Virus record (IMG/VR): IMGVR_UViG_3300017913_001414
Span: 1-58,449 of that record
DNA from: a virus
Taxonomy: Duplodnaviria; Caudoviricetes
Strand: one strand, 5' to 3'
DNA: 58,449 nt
The translations under genes were made by a program, and so were the position numbers. The notes under the pieces are model-generated. The model ran no database searches. It was not told where the DNA came from and saw only the letters and a list, made by a program, of their open reading frames with translations. Below, piece by piece: positions 1-9,889 of this stretch. Within the stretch, counting starts at the first letter, position 1; each line of letters opens with the position of its first letter.

Positions 1-393
1 ACAGAGCTAAAGATTGGCGGTGTCAATCTCAAGGGCGTATGGATTGCAATCGTCTTATCTATCGGCACCACCCTAGCTGGCGGTATATGGGCAGTCGCGG
101 AATTTTACGGGCGGATAGAGTCTGTGGAGGCCGCAGTCGCTGGCTCTGGTGAAACAGCAGAAAAGCTTACCGTTCTCGGTACTAACTTAGAAACCATCAT
201 GGAGAATCAGAAAGAGCTTCTGGATATGCGAGACCGTATATCAGAGGTTGAAAAAGTTTCTCTTGAGAACGATTTGTTGGTGCAGGGGTTCAAAGAGCAA
301 GTCGGCTCTATAGATAAAAGATTCTCAAAGATTGAGAGAGAGATAGATGACCTATGGCGCGGCTTGGATGCCGCAGCTAATCCATTGCAATAG
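1..393 (+). CDS. 5'-truncated membrane-anchored coiled-coil protein
   Basis: Frame 1 is open from base 1 (TELKIGGVNLKGVWIAIVLSIGTTLAGGIWAVAEFYG...): hydrophobic helix followed by a heptad-rich region; extends the listed 124..393 ORF. Confidence 0.7.
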   Translation, partial: TELKIGGVNLKGVWIAIVLSIGTTLAGGIWAVAEFYGRIESVEAAVAGSGETAEKLTVLGTNLETIMENQKELLDMRDRISEVEKVSLENDLLVQGFKEQVGSIDKRFSKIEREIDDLWRGLDAAANPLQ

Positions 394-433
394 TTATCGT
401 AGACTGCTGGGGTGAAGAGGGGTACAATGAGAT

Positions 434-691
434 ATGGCAAAGAAGAAGTCACAGAAGAGTTTGACGCGCTGGACGAAGCAGAAATGGCGCACGAAATCTG
501 GCAAGCCAAGCACGCAAGGGCCAAAAGCTACAGGAGAAAGGTATCTCCCAGAGAAGGCAATCAAAAGATTAAGCTCAAAGGAGTACGCGGCCACAACAAG
601 AAAAAAGAGAGCCGATACAAAGAAGGGGAAACAATTCTCCAAGCAACCTAAGACTGTGGCGAAGAAGACCAGAAAGTACAGGAAAAAGTAA
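434..691 (+). CDS. small highly basic phage protein
   Basis: K/R-rich 85 aa with W-T-K-Q-K-W and TGERYLP motifs typical of small late proteins of marine phages; stop overlaps the next start. Confidence 0.75.
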   Translation: MAKKKSQKSLTRWTKQKWRTKSGKPSTQGPKATGERYLPEKAIKRLSSKEYAATTRKKRADTKKGKQFSKQPKTVAKKTRKYRKK

Positions 692-924
692 TGCGCGATG
701 GTTTACTAGTAAGGTCTTTGGTTATCATAGTGGGTCTTCTAGCTATAGTCATTTTAAGTGCATGTGTCCCGATGAACCTGCAAAAAGATGCTGTTGCACT
801 AGAGCAAAGAGCGCTCAGAAGTGCTATAACTTTATGTAGTAAGTTCGGTCACACAGAGGGTACGAAGGAGTTCACTCGCTGTGCCGAGCAACGCTATGAT
901 GAGTATTTATTGAACAACAGGTAA
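691..924 (+). CDS. putative lipoprotein
   Basis: Hydrophobic N-terminus ending in lipobox-like LSA-C; two further Cys. Confidence 0.6.
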   Translation: MRDGLLVRSLVIIVGLLAIVILSACVPMNLQKDAVALEQRALRSAITLCSKFGHTEGTKEFTRCAEQRYDEYLLNNR

Positions 925-927
925 AAC

Positions 928-1599
928 ATGGCTGTAGTAACCCCAGACTTACCGGATATCTTTGAGGAAGCCTTTGAGCGTGCTGGTACCCAGTTGCGTA
1001 CAGGTTATGACTTAAAAACCATCAGGCGCAGCTTTAACCTGCTGACCCTTGAGTGGCAGAACCGTGGCCTCAACCTGTTTACGATTGACCCGGGAACGCT
1101 GTCACTGACTGCTGGTACAGCTACATATACCATGCCAGCTGATACTATTGACCTTCTAGAGCATCAGTTGAGGGACGGCACCGGAACCAATCAGATAGAT
1201 ACAAACATTCAGCGCGTTTCTGTTTCGACCTACGCACAACAGACAAACAAGAACACACAAGGAAGACCCACTCAGGTCTTCGTAGAGCGCCTCGCAACGG
1301 AAGTTAAGGTTACCCTTTGGCCCGTACCGGACCAAGCCTATACGCTCTCTTACTACCGTCTGAAGGGTATTGATGGCCTGTCTAGCGGGGGAGGTACAAC
1401 CGCCGCCGTGCCGCCGAGGTTTGTCCCGTGCCTTGTGTCTGGTTTGGCTTACTATGTGGCTATGAAGAAGCCAGAGTTGGCTGATAGGGTAACCGCCTTA
1501 AAGCAAGAGTACGAGTTCCAGTTTGAGTTAGCTGCTGGCGAGGACACTGATAGCTCTTCAATTAAGTTCGTTCCATACGATACGTTCTATTTGGGGTAG
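928..1599 (+). CDS. head-tail adaptor / tail tubular-like protein
   Basis: 223 aa; RSFNLLTLEWQNRGLNLFT and GRPTQVFV..LWPVPD motifs of podovirus adaptors; late-cluster position. Confidence 0.65.
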   Translation: MAVVTPDLPDIFEEAFERAGTQLRTGYDLKTIRRSFNLLTLEWQNRGLNLFTIDPGTLSLTAGTATYTMPADTIDLLEHQLRDGTGTNQIDTNIQRVSVSTYAQQTNKNTQGRPTQVFVERLATEVKVTLWPVPDQAYTLSYYRLKGIDGLSSGGGTTAAVPPRFVPCLVSGLAYYVAMKKPELADRVTALKQEYEFQFELAAGEDTDSSSIKFVPYDTFYLG

Positions 1600-1602
1600 G
1601 TT

Positions 1603-1908
1603 ATGGCATACGCAAAGGGTAATTATGCATACGGCTTTTGTGATAGAACAGGCTTTCGCTATCCGTTAAACGAGCTTGTCTATGAGTACAAGGATGGCGT
1701 TAAAACAGGTATGCGTGTAGGCTTTGATGTTGTTGATGTAGACCACCCCCAAAACTTTTTGGGTAGAATTAAGATTAACGACCCCCAATCCCTCATGGAC
1801 CCACGCCCAGACAGGACTGTTGAGTCTTTGTATGGGTTCAACCCAGTATGGAATCCGGCACAGTATATGCAAGGTGCTGTGGGTTCTGTTAAGATAGTAA
1901 CATCGTAG
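1603..1908 (+). CDS. conserved phage protein
   Basis: CDRTGFRY...D.DHPQ...DPRPD motif pattern; tight gene packing. Confidence 0.7.
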   Translation: MAYAKGNYAYGFCDRTGFRYPLNELVYEYKDGVKTGMRVGFDVVDVDHPQNFLGRIKINDPQSLMDPRPDRTVESLYGFNPVWNPAQYMQGAVGSVKIVTS

Positions 1909-1919
1909 GAGAAAGTTAC

Positions 1920-2069
1920 ATGGAACAAATTGTATCTTGGATTACGGCAATCGTAGCTGCGGCTTCTGTAATCGCTAACATCACACCGTCTATGAAAGAC
2001 AATGAATTTATCGCCAAGCTGGACAAGTTTGTACAGATGTTGGCTCTCAACCTTCGAAAGGATAAGTAA
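1920..2069 (+). CDS. 49-aa membrane peptide, holin-like (not in ORF track)
   Basis: AGGAG RBS upstream; MEQIVSWITAIVAAASVIANITPSMKDNEFIAKLDKFVQMLALNLRKDK; TAA overlaps the next ATG. Confidence 0.7.
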   Translation: MEQIVSWITAIVAAASVIANITPSMKDNEFIAKLDKFVQMLALNLRKDK

Positions 2070-2350
2070 TGCCTGAGGTAAATGGAAAGAAGTTCCCCTA
2101 CACCGCAAAGGGAATGAAAGACGCAGAAAAAGAAAAGGAGCGTCTGGGCCGGGACCGTACCCGTGGTCTTGACCCTGAGTTCAGCCAGAGCGTAATGGAT
2201 GCAAATCGCAAGCGCGAAGAAGAAGGCATGAAGCGCATCCAAAGAGAGATGGGCATGGCTTACGGTGGTAAGGTCAAGAAAATGAAGTCCGGTGGTATGT
2301 GCCGTGGCATGGGCAAAGCCTCTAAGGGTGGTCGTTACTCAAGGGCCTAG
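2069..2350 (+). CDS. small virion-associated protein
   Basis: MPEVNGKKFPYT start; C-terminal MAYGG/MKSGG motifs. Confidence 0.7.
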   Translation: MPEVNGKKFPYTAKGMKDAEKEKERLGRDRTRGLDPEFSQSVMDANRKREEEGMKRIQREMGMAYGGKVKKMKSGGMCRGMGKASKGGRYSRA

Positions 2351-2356
2351 TAAAAG

Positions 2357-3004
2357 ATGAGCTTTACCTACTCAGAACTAAAGCAGGCGATTCAGGACTA
2401 CGCTGAAAACACGGAGACTTCCTTCGTGAACAATCTTCCTGTGTTTATTAGAAATGCAGAAGAGAGAATCCTGAAGACGGTGCAGCTGAATCTGTTCCGC
2501 AGGAATGTTACGGCAAGCCTTACAAGCGGTAACAGGTTCTTGGCTATGCCCGACGACTTTCTTGCGTCATACTCGCTTTCGCTTACATCTGCTGGTGACA
2601 AGTTTTTCTTAGACCATAAAGATGTAAACTTTCTTGAAGAGTACTGGCCGGACAATACGGACACCGGACGCCCGCGTTACTATGCTGAATTTACATCGGA
2701 CAACTTTGTTCTCGCGCCGACACCTGATGCAGCGTACCAAGTAGAGCTACACTATTTTTATAGACCAGCCAGCGTCACATCGCTTGCCGATAGTGGTAAG
2801 TCTTGGCTGTCAGACAATGCTCCATATGCGATGCTTTATGGTTCTCTGACTGAGGCGTATGTGTATATGAAGGGAGAGGCAGACGTATTTTCTGTTTACG
2901 ATGCAAAGTTTGCTGAGGCCGTAGCCCGCCTCAAGGACCTCGGAGAGGCGAAGCAGACAGGTGATGCATATCGTGACGGTCAGGTTATACTGCCTAAAAC
3001 ATAA
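2357..3004 (+). CDS. second adaptor/tail tubular-like protein
   Basis: TYSELKQAIQDY, GRPRYYA, LAPTPD, LYGSL motifs of phage adaptor proteins. Confidence 0.65.
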   Translation: MSFTYSELKQAIQDYAENTETSFVNNLPVFIRNAEERILKTVQLNLFRRNVTASLTSGNRFLAMPDDFLASYSLSLTSAGDKFFLDHKDVNFLEEYWPDNTDTGRPRYYAEFTSDNFVLAPTPDAAYQVELHYFYRPASVTSLADSGKSWLSDNAPYAMLYGSLTEAYVYMKGEADVFSVYDAKFAEAVARLKDLGEAKQTGDAYRDGQVILPKT

Positions 3005-3297
3005 TGTTTGAGATTGGTTCTAATATCGGCACCGACCCAATAGTGAAGGTGCAGACAACTAATGGCCGTGGCCGAACTCCAGAGGAAATAGCAGAGAACT
3101 GCTTGGACCGAATAATGTATGTTTCTGATAGTGCGCCAGCGCCAATTAGAGACCAAGCAAATGCGTTCAAGGATGCAATCAGGCCCATAATTATCTTTTA
3201 TATGAGGGAAGCTATTAACAGCGACAGGACAACCTTGTATAATAAACTTCGCGATGCAGGTCATACTGAGGTCGCAGAGATACTTAGGAGACTATGA
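3004..3297 (+). CDS. hypothetical conserved phage protein
   Basis: 97-aa ORF with overlapping start and stop. Confidence 0.7.
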   Translation: MFEIGSNIGTDPIVKVQTTNGRGRTPEEIAENCLDRIMYVSDSAPAPIRDQANAFKDAIRPIIIFYMREAINSDRTTLYNKLRDAGHTEVAEILRRL

Positions 3298-3731
3298 TGG
3301 CAATTACTCAAGCGATGTGTACATCGTTCAAGGTTGAACTTCTCAAGGGGGTTCATGATTTTACAAACAGCACTGGCGATAGCTTTAAGATTGCCCTGTA
3401 TACAAGTAGCGCCGACCTTAGCGCCACAACCACTGCTTACACCACAAGCGAAGAAGTTGCTAACGGTAACGGGTACACCACAGGTGGCGCTGCGCTCACA
3501 AATGTTACGCCAACCTCTAGCGGCACTACTGCCTTTACTGACTTTGATGACGTAACATTCTCTTCTTCTACAATTACTGCTCGCGGTGCATTGATTTATA
3601 ATGACACCGAAGCGGGGGACCCGGCTGTTGTTGTCTTGGATTTCGGCGCTGACAAATCTTCTACAAGCGGCGACTTTACAATTCAGTTCCCCACCGCTGA
3701 TGCGAGCAACGCAATTATCCGAATCGCTTAG
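3294..3731 (+). CDS. virion structural protein (tail-associated)
   Basis: MAITQAMCTSFKVELL...FKIALYT...ITARGALIYN...VLDFG..K pattern; T/S-rich. Confidence 0.75.
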   Translation: MMAITQAMCTSFKVELLKGVHDFTNSTGDSFKIALYTSSADLSATTTAYTTSEEVANGNGYTTGGAALTNVTPTSSGTTAFTDFDDVTFSSSTITARGALIYNDTEAGDPAVVVLDFGADKSSTSGDFTIQFPTADASNAIIRIA

Positions 3732-3739
3732 GTGCCGTC

Positions 3740-4456
3740 ATGACAGTGCCTGTAGTAAAGGATAGGGTTAAAGAAACCACAACAACCACTGGCACGGGAA
3801 CGTTGACCCTAGCGGGCGCGGAAGCAGGCTTTCAGGCCTTTTCTGCCATTGGTGATGGAAACACAACATATTACTGTATTACAGATGATACCGACTTTGA
3901 AGTTGGTTTCGGTGTCTACACGTCTAGCGGCACGACATTAAGTCGAGATACTGTTCTGGAGAGCAGTAACTCGGGCAGCAAAGTTGACTGGGGTTCTGGT
4001 GCAAAGACTGTCTTTTGTACATATCCGGCAGAGAAATCTTTATACAAAGACACGAGTGACAACATTGATTATGCCAACAGCGTATTAGAGAATGTTACTT
4101 TAGAATCATTCCAAGAAAAGATTACAGACACTGCAAGCGCATCTGGCTCCCTGACCGTCCCCAATGGCGTAAACAATGTTAGCTACACACTGACCGGTGA
4201 TGTAACTCTAACACTGCCGCAAAACAGTGATTTAGCATCTGGAAGCACACGCGCCGTCTCTATAAGGGTTACGCAAGATGGGACTGGCGGCCATACATTT
4301 ACTTTAGCTGCACCGGCAAGCTATACAATAAAATATAATAGCTCTTCAACCCAACCGGCGGTTAACTCAACTGCAAACAAAACTACAATTTACACTGCTC
4401 TATTGGAGGCCGGGAGTACAGATATCTTAGTTAGCTTGTCTTTTTACGAGGGATGA
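3740..4456 (+). CDS. tail fibre-associated protein
   Basis: KDRVKETTTTTGTG N-terminus; C-terminal TQDGTGG.T beta-rich domain. Confidence 0.65.
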   Translation: MTVPVVKDRVKETTTTTGTGTLTLAGAEAGFQAFSAIGDGNTTYYCITDDTDFEVGFGVYTSSGTTLSRDTVLESSNSGSKVDWGSGAKTVFCTYPAEKSLYKDTSDNIDYANSVLENVTLESFQEKITDTASASGSLTVPNGVNNVSYTLTGDVTLTLPQNSDLASGSTRAVSIRVTQDGTGGHTFTLAAPASYTIKYNSSSTQPAVNSTANKTTIYTALLEAGSTDILVSLSFYEG

Positions 4457-4457
4457 T

Positions 4458-4769
4458 ATGATTAGATATGAAAACATATACTTACACGCTCAAGTGGGTC
4501 ACGGACCATCCGATGACTTTAGACAATGGTTAGAAGACAATGATGTATCTTTTACTTACTTGGGATATGAAGACCCCACAGACGACTTACATGCGATTAG
4601 CACGTGGTTTGAAAACGAACCTGATTTTACCTCTTCTCCGGTCCTTACGTTTGACCAGTTGATGTGGGAGGCCGAAGACGGCACGGATAGATATGTTAGA
4701 AACAAGTTCGCCAAAAGTTACAGCGAACTTCCCTCTGACTTTCTTGACCTAGCCCAGCGAGTTGAATAA
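4458..4769 (+). CDS. hypothetical protein (possibly glutaredoxin-like fold without CxxC)
   Basis: Acidic 103-aa ORF coupled to the Gly-rich gene. Confidence 0.55.
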   Translation: MIRYENIYLHAQVGHGPSDDFRQWLEDNDVSFTYLGYEDPTDDLHAISTWFENEPDFTSSPVLTFDQLMWEAEDGTDRYVRNKFAKSYSELPSDFLDLAQRVE

Positions 4770-6238
4770 TGCCCTCCGTGGGTACATCCCTGCAATATGA
4801 CCCCCTGTTTCCCGGGGGTAGCGAGACGTTCACCTCGTCCGGAACATTTAACTTGCCTCCGGGTATTCATGTTGTAACCGCTACTGTTGTCGGTGGTACT
4901 GGTAATTCGGGGACTTCTGGGAACGCAGGCACTGATGGCAACTCAGGCAACCCCGGCACAGCAGGCGCTGCCGGTAATGCTGGCGCGGCTGGAAATCCCG
5001 GTAACCCCGGAAACTCAGGCAATAATGGTTCTGGTGGTGCAGGGGGCGCAGGGGGGAATGGTAATCCCGGTAACCCGGGAAATCCGGGTACAGCGGGCGG
5101 AGGCGGCGGAGGCGGCGGAGGCGGCGGTGGTGGTGTTTTTAATCTACAACTCAAAGGTCAGCCTCCAGTACCCCCCGCCGTTCAGGGAAACCCCGGAAAC
5201 CCCGGCAATGCAGGTCCGGGTAACAGGGGTGGCAGCGCGGGTACGGGGGGGACCGGATATGGTAATCCAGGTGGTGCTTTTAACACTCCCGGGAACGCCG
5301 GAGGCGCTGGTAATGCTGGAAGCGCAGGAACCAATGGTAACAGCGGCAATTCTAATGCAGGCAGCGCAGGTAGCCCCGGAAATGCTGGCGCGAATGGTAA
5401 TGCTGGTAACGCTGGCTCAGGTGCTAACTCAGGCGGCGCGGGCGGAAGCGGCACAGCTGGCAATCCGGGGACGGCAGGTACTGCCGGAACTGACGGCTCT
5501 TCTGGCAACACGGGGGCAGCATCAAGCTTTGGAACTTACGTAACTGCAAATGGCGGGGCGGGTGGTGCTGCTGGCACCGGAGGGGCTGCGGGTACAGCTG
5601 GTACTGCCGGTACTGCGAATGACGGCAATCCCGGCAACCCCGGCAACAGCGGCACAGCTGGTAATGGGGGTAGTGCTGGTAATCCGGGCGCTCAGGGCGG
5701 CACTGGCAACCCCGGCACAGCTGGCAATCGTGGAAATGCTGGCAGTGCTGGGAGTGCTGGTGGGGGTGGTAACGGCGGCAGTGCAGGGAGTAATGCTAGC
5801 TCAGGCACAAACGGTAACACAGGAAGTCCCGATGGCAACCTTAACTCGTTTGGCAATGGTGGCAATAAGGGTAACAGAAACGCATCCGCAAATTATGGAA
5901 ATGCTGGCAACGGAGGTCGAGGTGGCAGACCTAATAATGGCGCCCCCGGAAATTCTGGAGGTTCCGGGTCATCCGGTAACACTGGCTCAACGGGCGCTAA
6001 TGGAACTGGGGCTACAAGCGGCAACCCCGGAAACGCAGGCGCAAATGGCAATGCAGGCTCCGCAGGTAGCGCCAACTCAGGCGGCGCTGGTAACTCAGGC
6101 ACACCCGGAAACGCTGGGGGTTCTGGTTCCGCAGGCAATACAACTAATCAGCAGCAAAGAATAAATGTTGCTCAACAAGCGGTTTCTGTTACAGTTGGAA
6201 GCGGTGGCTCAGTAGAGGTAAATTGGAGTAGACAATGA
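4769..6238 (+). CDS. Gly-rich G-X-X repeat fibre protein
   Basis: Long runs of GNP/GNA/GSA/GTA triplets and a poly-Gly tract; TFTSSGTF and VTVGSGG flanking motifs. Confidence 0.8.
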   Translation: MPSVGTSLQYDPLFPGGSETFTSSGTFNLPPGIHVVTATVVGGTGNSGTSGNAGTDGNSGNPGTAGAAGNAGAAGNPGNPGNSGNNGSGGAGGAGGNGNPGNPGNPGTAGGGGGGGGGGGGGVFNLQLKGQPPVPPAVQGNPGNPGNAGPGNRGGSAGTGGTGYGNPGGAFNTPGNAGGAGNAGSAGTNGNSGNSNAGSAGSPGNAGANGNAGNAGSGANSGGAGGSGTAGNPGTAGTAGTDGSSGNTGAASSFGTYVTANGGAGGAAGTGGAAGTAGTAGTANDGNPGNPGNSGTAGNGGSAGNPGAQGGTGNPGTAGNRGNAGSAGSAGGGGNGGSAGSNASSGTNGNTGSPDGNLNSFGNGGNKGNRNASANYGNAGNGGRGGRPNNGAPGNSGGSGSSGNTGSTGANGTGATSGNPGNAGANGNAGSAGSANSGGAGNSGTPGNAGGSGSAGNTTNQQQRINVAQQAVSVTVGSGGSVEVNWSRQ

Positions 6239-6942
6239 TTTTTGGAGGACAGCCGAAGGTAGAGTTTACATGCTCTCCAGAACTGCATGGTGTTATACCT
6301 GAACCAGTACCTGCGCGGACTTACATGCCGGACTGGTTTAAGAACCTAAAGCAGTACACGAAAGACTTTGTGGAACTTACTGAGAGTGAGTTCAGCGGTA
6401 AGACAGCTAAAAGATGCCCACCAATACTAGATACTCTGACCACGGGTTGGATTATCCCGCTACAGACCACTATAACTGTAAAGACAAACCATGATTGCTC
6501 TTGGTTCCAGTGGGCGCAATCCAAGATTCCTGCTTTTGAAGCGCACGGCATGGAGCAGATAAATGGTCACCCGATGTTACCGCGCCCCCCGATAAAGGCC
6601 CTGAATCACTGGCACATTAAAACCCCACCGGGATGGTCAACTCTTTTTGTAGCCCCGTTGAATAGAGACAATGATATATTCCAAGCCATACCCGGCATAG
6701 TGGATACAGATAAGTTTACTGAAAATATAAATTTCCCGGGTTTTTTTGTAAAACCTGATATGAATGAAGACTTAAAGGCTGGCTTTCCTGTGGTTCAAGC
6801 AATACCCTTCAAGAGGGGGATAGATAAAAAGGCCATAGTAAGGAGCCGCACCGAAAAAGAAGAGGCCATTATGTTAAAGAAAAATAATAAATATGGTAAT
6901 ATGCAGGGATTATATAGAGATAAATGGTGGGTTAAAAAATGA
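6235..6942 (+). CDS. conserved phage protein (DUF6065-like)
   Basis: P.PA...P.WFK, KRCP, W.IKTPPGWS, PG.VDTD, G.P..Q.IPFKR motifs. Confidence 0.65.
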   Translation: MIFGGQPKVEFTCSPELHGVIPEPVPARTYMPDWFKNLKQYTKDFVELTESEFSGKTAKRCPPILDTLTTGWIIPLQTTITVKTNHDCSWFQWAQSKIPAFEAHGMEQINGHPMLPRPPIKALNHWHIKTPPGWSTLFVAPLNRDNDIFQAIPGIVDTDKFTENINFPGFFVKPDMNEDLKAGFPVVQAIPFKRGIDKKAIVRSRTEKEEAIMLKKNNKYGNMQGLYRDKWWVKK

Positions 6943-7244
6943 GCAATTACCCCTACAGGATTATCGACTTCATAGACGATACTAATTGCTACTCTGTTGT
7001 TTGGACGGGCAAAGACCAAGTGGAACACAACGCTTTGGTTCCTGCCTTAAAGGACGCCAATGGCAATGTAAACAGAACTCAGTCCTTGAGGGCTATAGAG
7101 CAGCACATAAAATCCGTAGAGAATAAAGAAAAAACTATACCAGATGGGCAAACTTTAGTTGGCACCACCGGCACAGCCGTGGATAATAATGATGACGCAC
7201 AGGATGCGGTAGAGCAGCCGCCGGAAGATGCTGAGGAACTATAA
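6939..7244 (+). CDS. hypothetical protein
   Basis: 101-aa ORF overlapping both neighbours. Confidence 0.6.
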   Translation: MSNYPYRIIDFIDDTNCYSVVWTGKDQVEHNALVPALKDANGNVNRTQSLRAIEQHIKSVENKEKTIPDGQTLVGTTGTAVDNNDDAQDAVEQPPEDAEEL

Positions 7245-7954
7245 TGGCCGCTTATGGTGAGACAGACATACCATTCCATGTGTACCACAACTGCGAAGAC
7301 CAGTTCTTTGTGTCTGCCGTAGAGAGTGCGGATAGGGCATCGTACTACCTGAGGGATGAGCGCCACCCCTTGAATAAAATGACTCATGCCGGAGGCGTTG
7401 TTACGAGGCATCCAGAGCATCCAGATATCCTGTACAAAAATGCAAATAATCACATACTGTGCAATGACACACCATTGAGAATGAGATGGTGGTGGAAAGA
7501 TGGTCAGTTCTCCGAAGATAGAATCAGAGCCGCTGTCGATTATTTTCAGGATGTTATACCCGAGGGTTCTATAGTTTATGATATGGACGAGCGCCTGTTG
7601 GATATAACAGTCACTACAGTTTGGTCTAAAAACCAGCGGGAGTTCGCCCCTGTGCGCCCAGAGTATGGTTTGTTTACGGAAAAGGCCAGATTTGATATTT
7701 CTGCTGGTGCAAGGTTTTTGTGCATAATACGCATGGCTGACGACTATCAGGAATGGAAGACTGAATGGAGGGACTTGATGGCTGGGGAGACATGCCAGCT
7801 AAAAAGAAATACGGAAGATTGTTATTTCGTATTCTCTACCAATGTCAGCAAGGGCGGCACCGAGCTTGAGGCGTTTAAGCCATATAGGTTGTCTAGGGAA
7901 GCTGTTGATATATCATGTACAGAAAACACAAAGATAGTTCGAATAAGTCGATAA
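7244..7954 (+). CDS. hypothetical protein
   Basis: 236-aa ORF with GAGG RBS, coupled to the upstream gene. Confidence 0.65.
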   Translation: MAAYGETDIPFHVYHNCEDQFFVSAVESADRASYYLRDERHPLNKMTHAGGVVTRHPEHPDILYKNANNHILCNDTPLRMRWWWKDGQFSEDRIRAAVDYFQDVIPEGSIVYDMDERLLDITVTTVWSKNQREFAPVRPEYGLFTEKARFDISAGARFLCIIRMADDYQEWKTEWRDLMAGETCQLKRNTEDCYFVFSTNVSKGGTELEAFKPYRLSREAVDISCTENTKIVRISR

Positions 7955-8637
7955 AATATTTTTCCGCCTTAGTGTCCCTAGTTAAATTCAACAGAACTAG
8001 GGGTGAGGAGTCCATACGGCATATTAGGGAAGCTATGCTTTGTCTTGACGGCGGGGCATCACAAAGCGCTCACGATATATTTATTGAGCAAGGAGGGTAC
8101 CTGTACCTACCCCAAGTCCTTTCAAACACAGAGTACTTAGAGTCCCTCCCTCCAGACTCTCTGGGCGCTCACTACCTTAGACATATTACAGACGGTGTGG
8201 ACGATAAGGTCTCAAGGTTATCATCTATTGTTCATGCTAACCCAGAAAGTTCCATAGAACATTTTATGGCGCGGCAAGCTGATGTTCATGACCTGATGCA
8301 TGTTTTGTTGGGGTACGGGAAAGAGAGGCTTGGAGAGGCTTGCGTTGTTAGTGCTTATTCAAACTACTATAAGGGTTGGCGCTTGATTGTTGTGGGGGGG
8401 ATTGTGTTGAATATGTTCCGGCGCAGGCTTTTTATCCCAAGTAGGATTCGTGACGTATGGAGGGCTGTCTATACTGAGCCGAGGCTTAGGGCTGCTTCTA
8501 TCGAGTGTTGGGACTTAATACACTGGGAGAGGTATTTGGCTCATCCGATTGAGGATGTCCGCAGAAGGTTCGGTGTTTATCCATCTGAGCATTATAGCTT
8601 GGTTCAAAGAAAATATTTATCTGAGGGAGGTATATAA
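7915..8637 (+). CDS. Coq4-like protein
   Basis: L.SLP..SLG..Y, HDLMHVLLGY (HDxxH) and GEA motifs of the Coq4 family. Confidence 0.7.
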   Translation: MYRKHKDSSNKSIKYFSALVSLVKFNRTRGEESIRHIREAMLCLDGGASQSAHDIFIEQGGYLYLPQVLSNTEYLESLPPDSLGAHYLRHITDGVDDKVSRLSSIVHANPESSIEHFMARQADVHDLMHVLLGYGKERLGEACVVSAYSNYYKGWRLIVVGGIVLNMFRRRLFIPSRIRDVWRAVYTEPRLRAASIECWDLIHWERYLAHPIEDVRRRFGVYPSEHYSLVQRKYLSEGGI

Positions 8638-9182
8638 TGTTTGTTGACCCTCTTTACTGGGTGTTTGAGTCAGAGTTGCCTAATCGTCTGTGCGACCAAA
8701 TCATTGAGGAGGGAAAAAAGATGTCCCCCTCTGAGGGTGTTGCCGGTGATAAGGTTGACAAAAGTGTCAGGGATTCTGGTGTTTGTTTCTTCAGAAATCC
8801 AAGTTGGGTCGGTGGTCTTTGTGAGCATTACGTTAGGGTTGCTAATAGGTCTAGTGATTGGAACTTCGACTTGAAGGTTGTGCAGGACCCCCAATTTACT
8901 ATTTACGAATCTGGTCAGCATTATACTTGGCATCAAGACGTTATTGGTAAGGGCAACGTAAGGAAGTTGAGTATGGTAATTCAGCTTACTGACCCCAATG
9001 AGTACGAGGGAGGTAAGCTAGAGTTGAAGAACAATGTCGGGGAGGAGGTTGTGTGCCAAGATTTCATGGCTCGTGGTTCTGTAATTGTGTTTCCATCTGT
9101 GACTTGGCACCGCGTTACTCCCATCACAAAGGGTCGTAGATATAGTGCGGTAGCTTGGGCTGTCGGTCCTGAATTTAAGTGA
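8637..9182 (+). CDS. 2OG-Fe(II) oxygenase (prolyl hydroxylase-like)
   Basis: QFT.Y, WHQD (HxD), RKLS, YEGG.L, FPS..WHRVTP.T.G.RYS.V.W. Confidence 0.9.
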   Translation: MFVDPLYWVFESELPNRLCDQIIEEGKKMSPSEGVAGDKVDKSVRDSGVCFFRNPSWVGGLCEHYVRVANRSSDWNFDLKVVQDPQFTIYESGQHYTWHQDVIGKGNVRKLSMVIQLTDPNEYEGGKLELKNNVGEEVVCQDFMARGSVIVFPSVTWHRVTPITKGRRYSAVAWAVGPEFK

Positions 9183-9193
9183 TATAATGAATT

Positions 9194-9889
9194 ATGTCAT
9201 TCGCTAAGGCAACATTTTCGCAGGCAGCATTTTCGGCTTTGGGCATCAGTCCGAATGTCGTTGCCATTGTCACTGGCCTATCTGCCACCGCAACCGACGG
9301 AGTCGTTACGATTTCGACGGATGGTAGTGTGGCTGTTGCTGGGCAATCCGCCACATCTGCTGTAGGCTCTGTCAGTGTTGCCGAGGGGGTCGGTGTTTCT
9401 TTAACGGGATTGCAAGCTACTGGCTCACTGGGGTCGGTATCTGTTTCGGAGGGGGTTGGCGTTGATGTGTCTTTGACGGGTCAAGCTGGCACCACTGCGG
9501 TTGGCACCGTAAGCATTACAGAGGGAACGGGCGTGAGTGTGTCCCTGACAGGTATCGCAGCGACAACCTCTGTTGGGGATGTTGTTGTGGGTATCCCCAT
9601 CGATGTTCCGGTCACAGGTCTTTCGGCCACTGGCTCAGTTGGTGAGGTCGTTGTACCTGTAACTGTGGGTGGCCTCGAGGCGACAGGTGGCGTTGGATTC
9701 GTTCTTATATGGGGTGATGTGCAGCCCGGTATCAATCAGGTCTATACAGAGGTCGCTGAAGGCACCACCCCGTCTTGGTCAAACGTATCCGGAGGTTCCG
9801 CCACATGGGTGGAGATAGATGAGGGTGACGCAGAAACATGGACAGATATTAGTGGTGGAGGTCAGTCATGGACAGATATTGCAGCCTGA
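9194..9889 (+). CDS. virion protein with V-S-L-T-G repeats
   Basis: Repeated (V/L)TG.SAT..VG.V motifs and a W-containing acidic C-terminus. Confidence 0.7.
   Translation: MSFAKATFSQAAFSALGISPNVVAIVTGLSATATDGVVTISTDGSVAVAGQSATSAVGSVSVAEGVGVSLTGLQATGSLGSVSVSEGVGVDVSLTGQAGTTAVGTVSITEGTGVSVSLTGIAATTSVGDVVVGIPIDVPVTGLSATGSVGEVVVPVTVGGLEATGGVGFVLIWGDVQPGINQVYTEVAEGTTPSWSNVSGGSATWVEIDEGDAETWTDISGGGQSWTDIAA

Noticed and set aside
412-651. 79-aa alternative-frame ORF
   Set aside because: Overlaps the better-supported 434-691 basic protein
4867-6164. Pro-rich antisense and alternative-frame ORFs over the Gly-rich gene
   Set aside because: Shadows of GGN-rich repetitive codons
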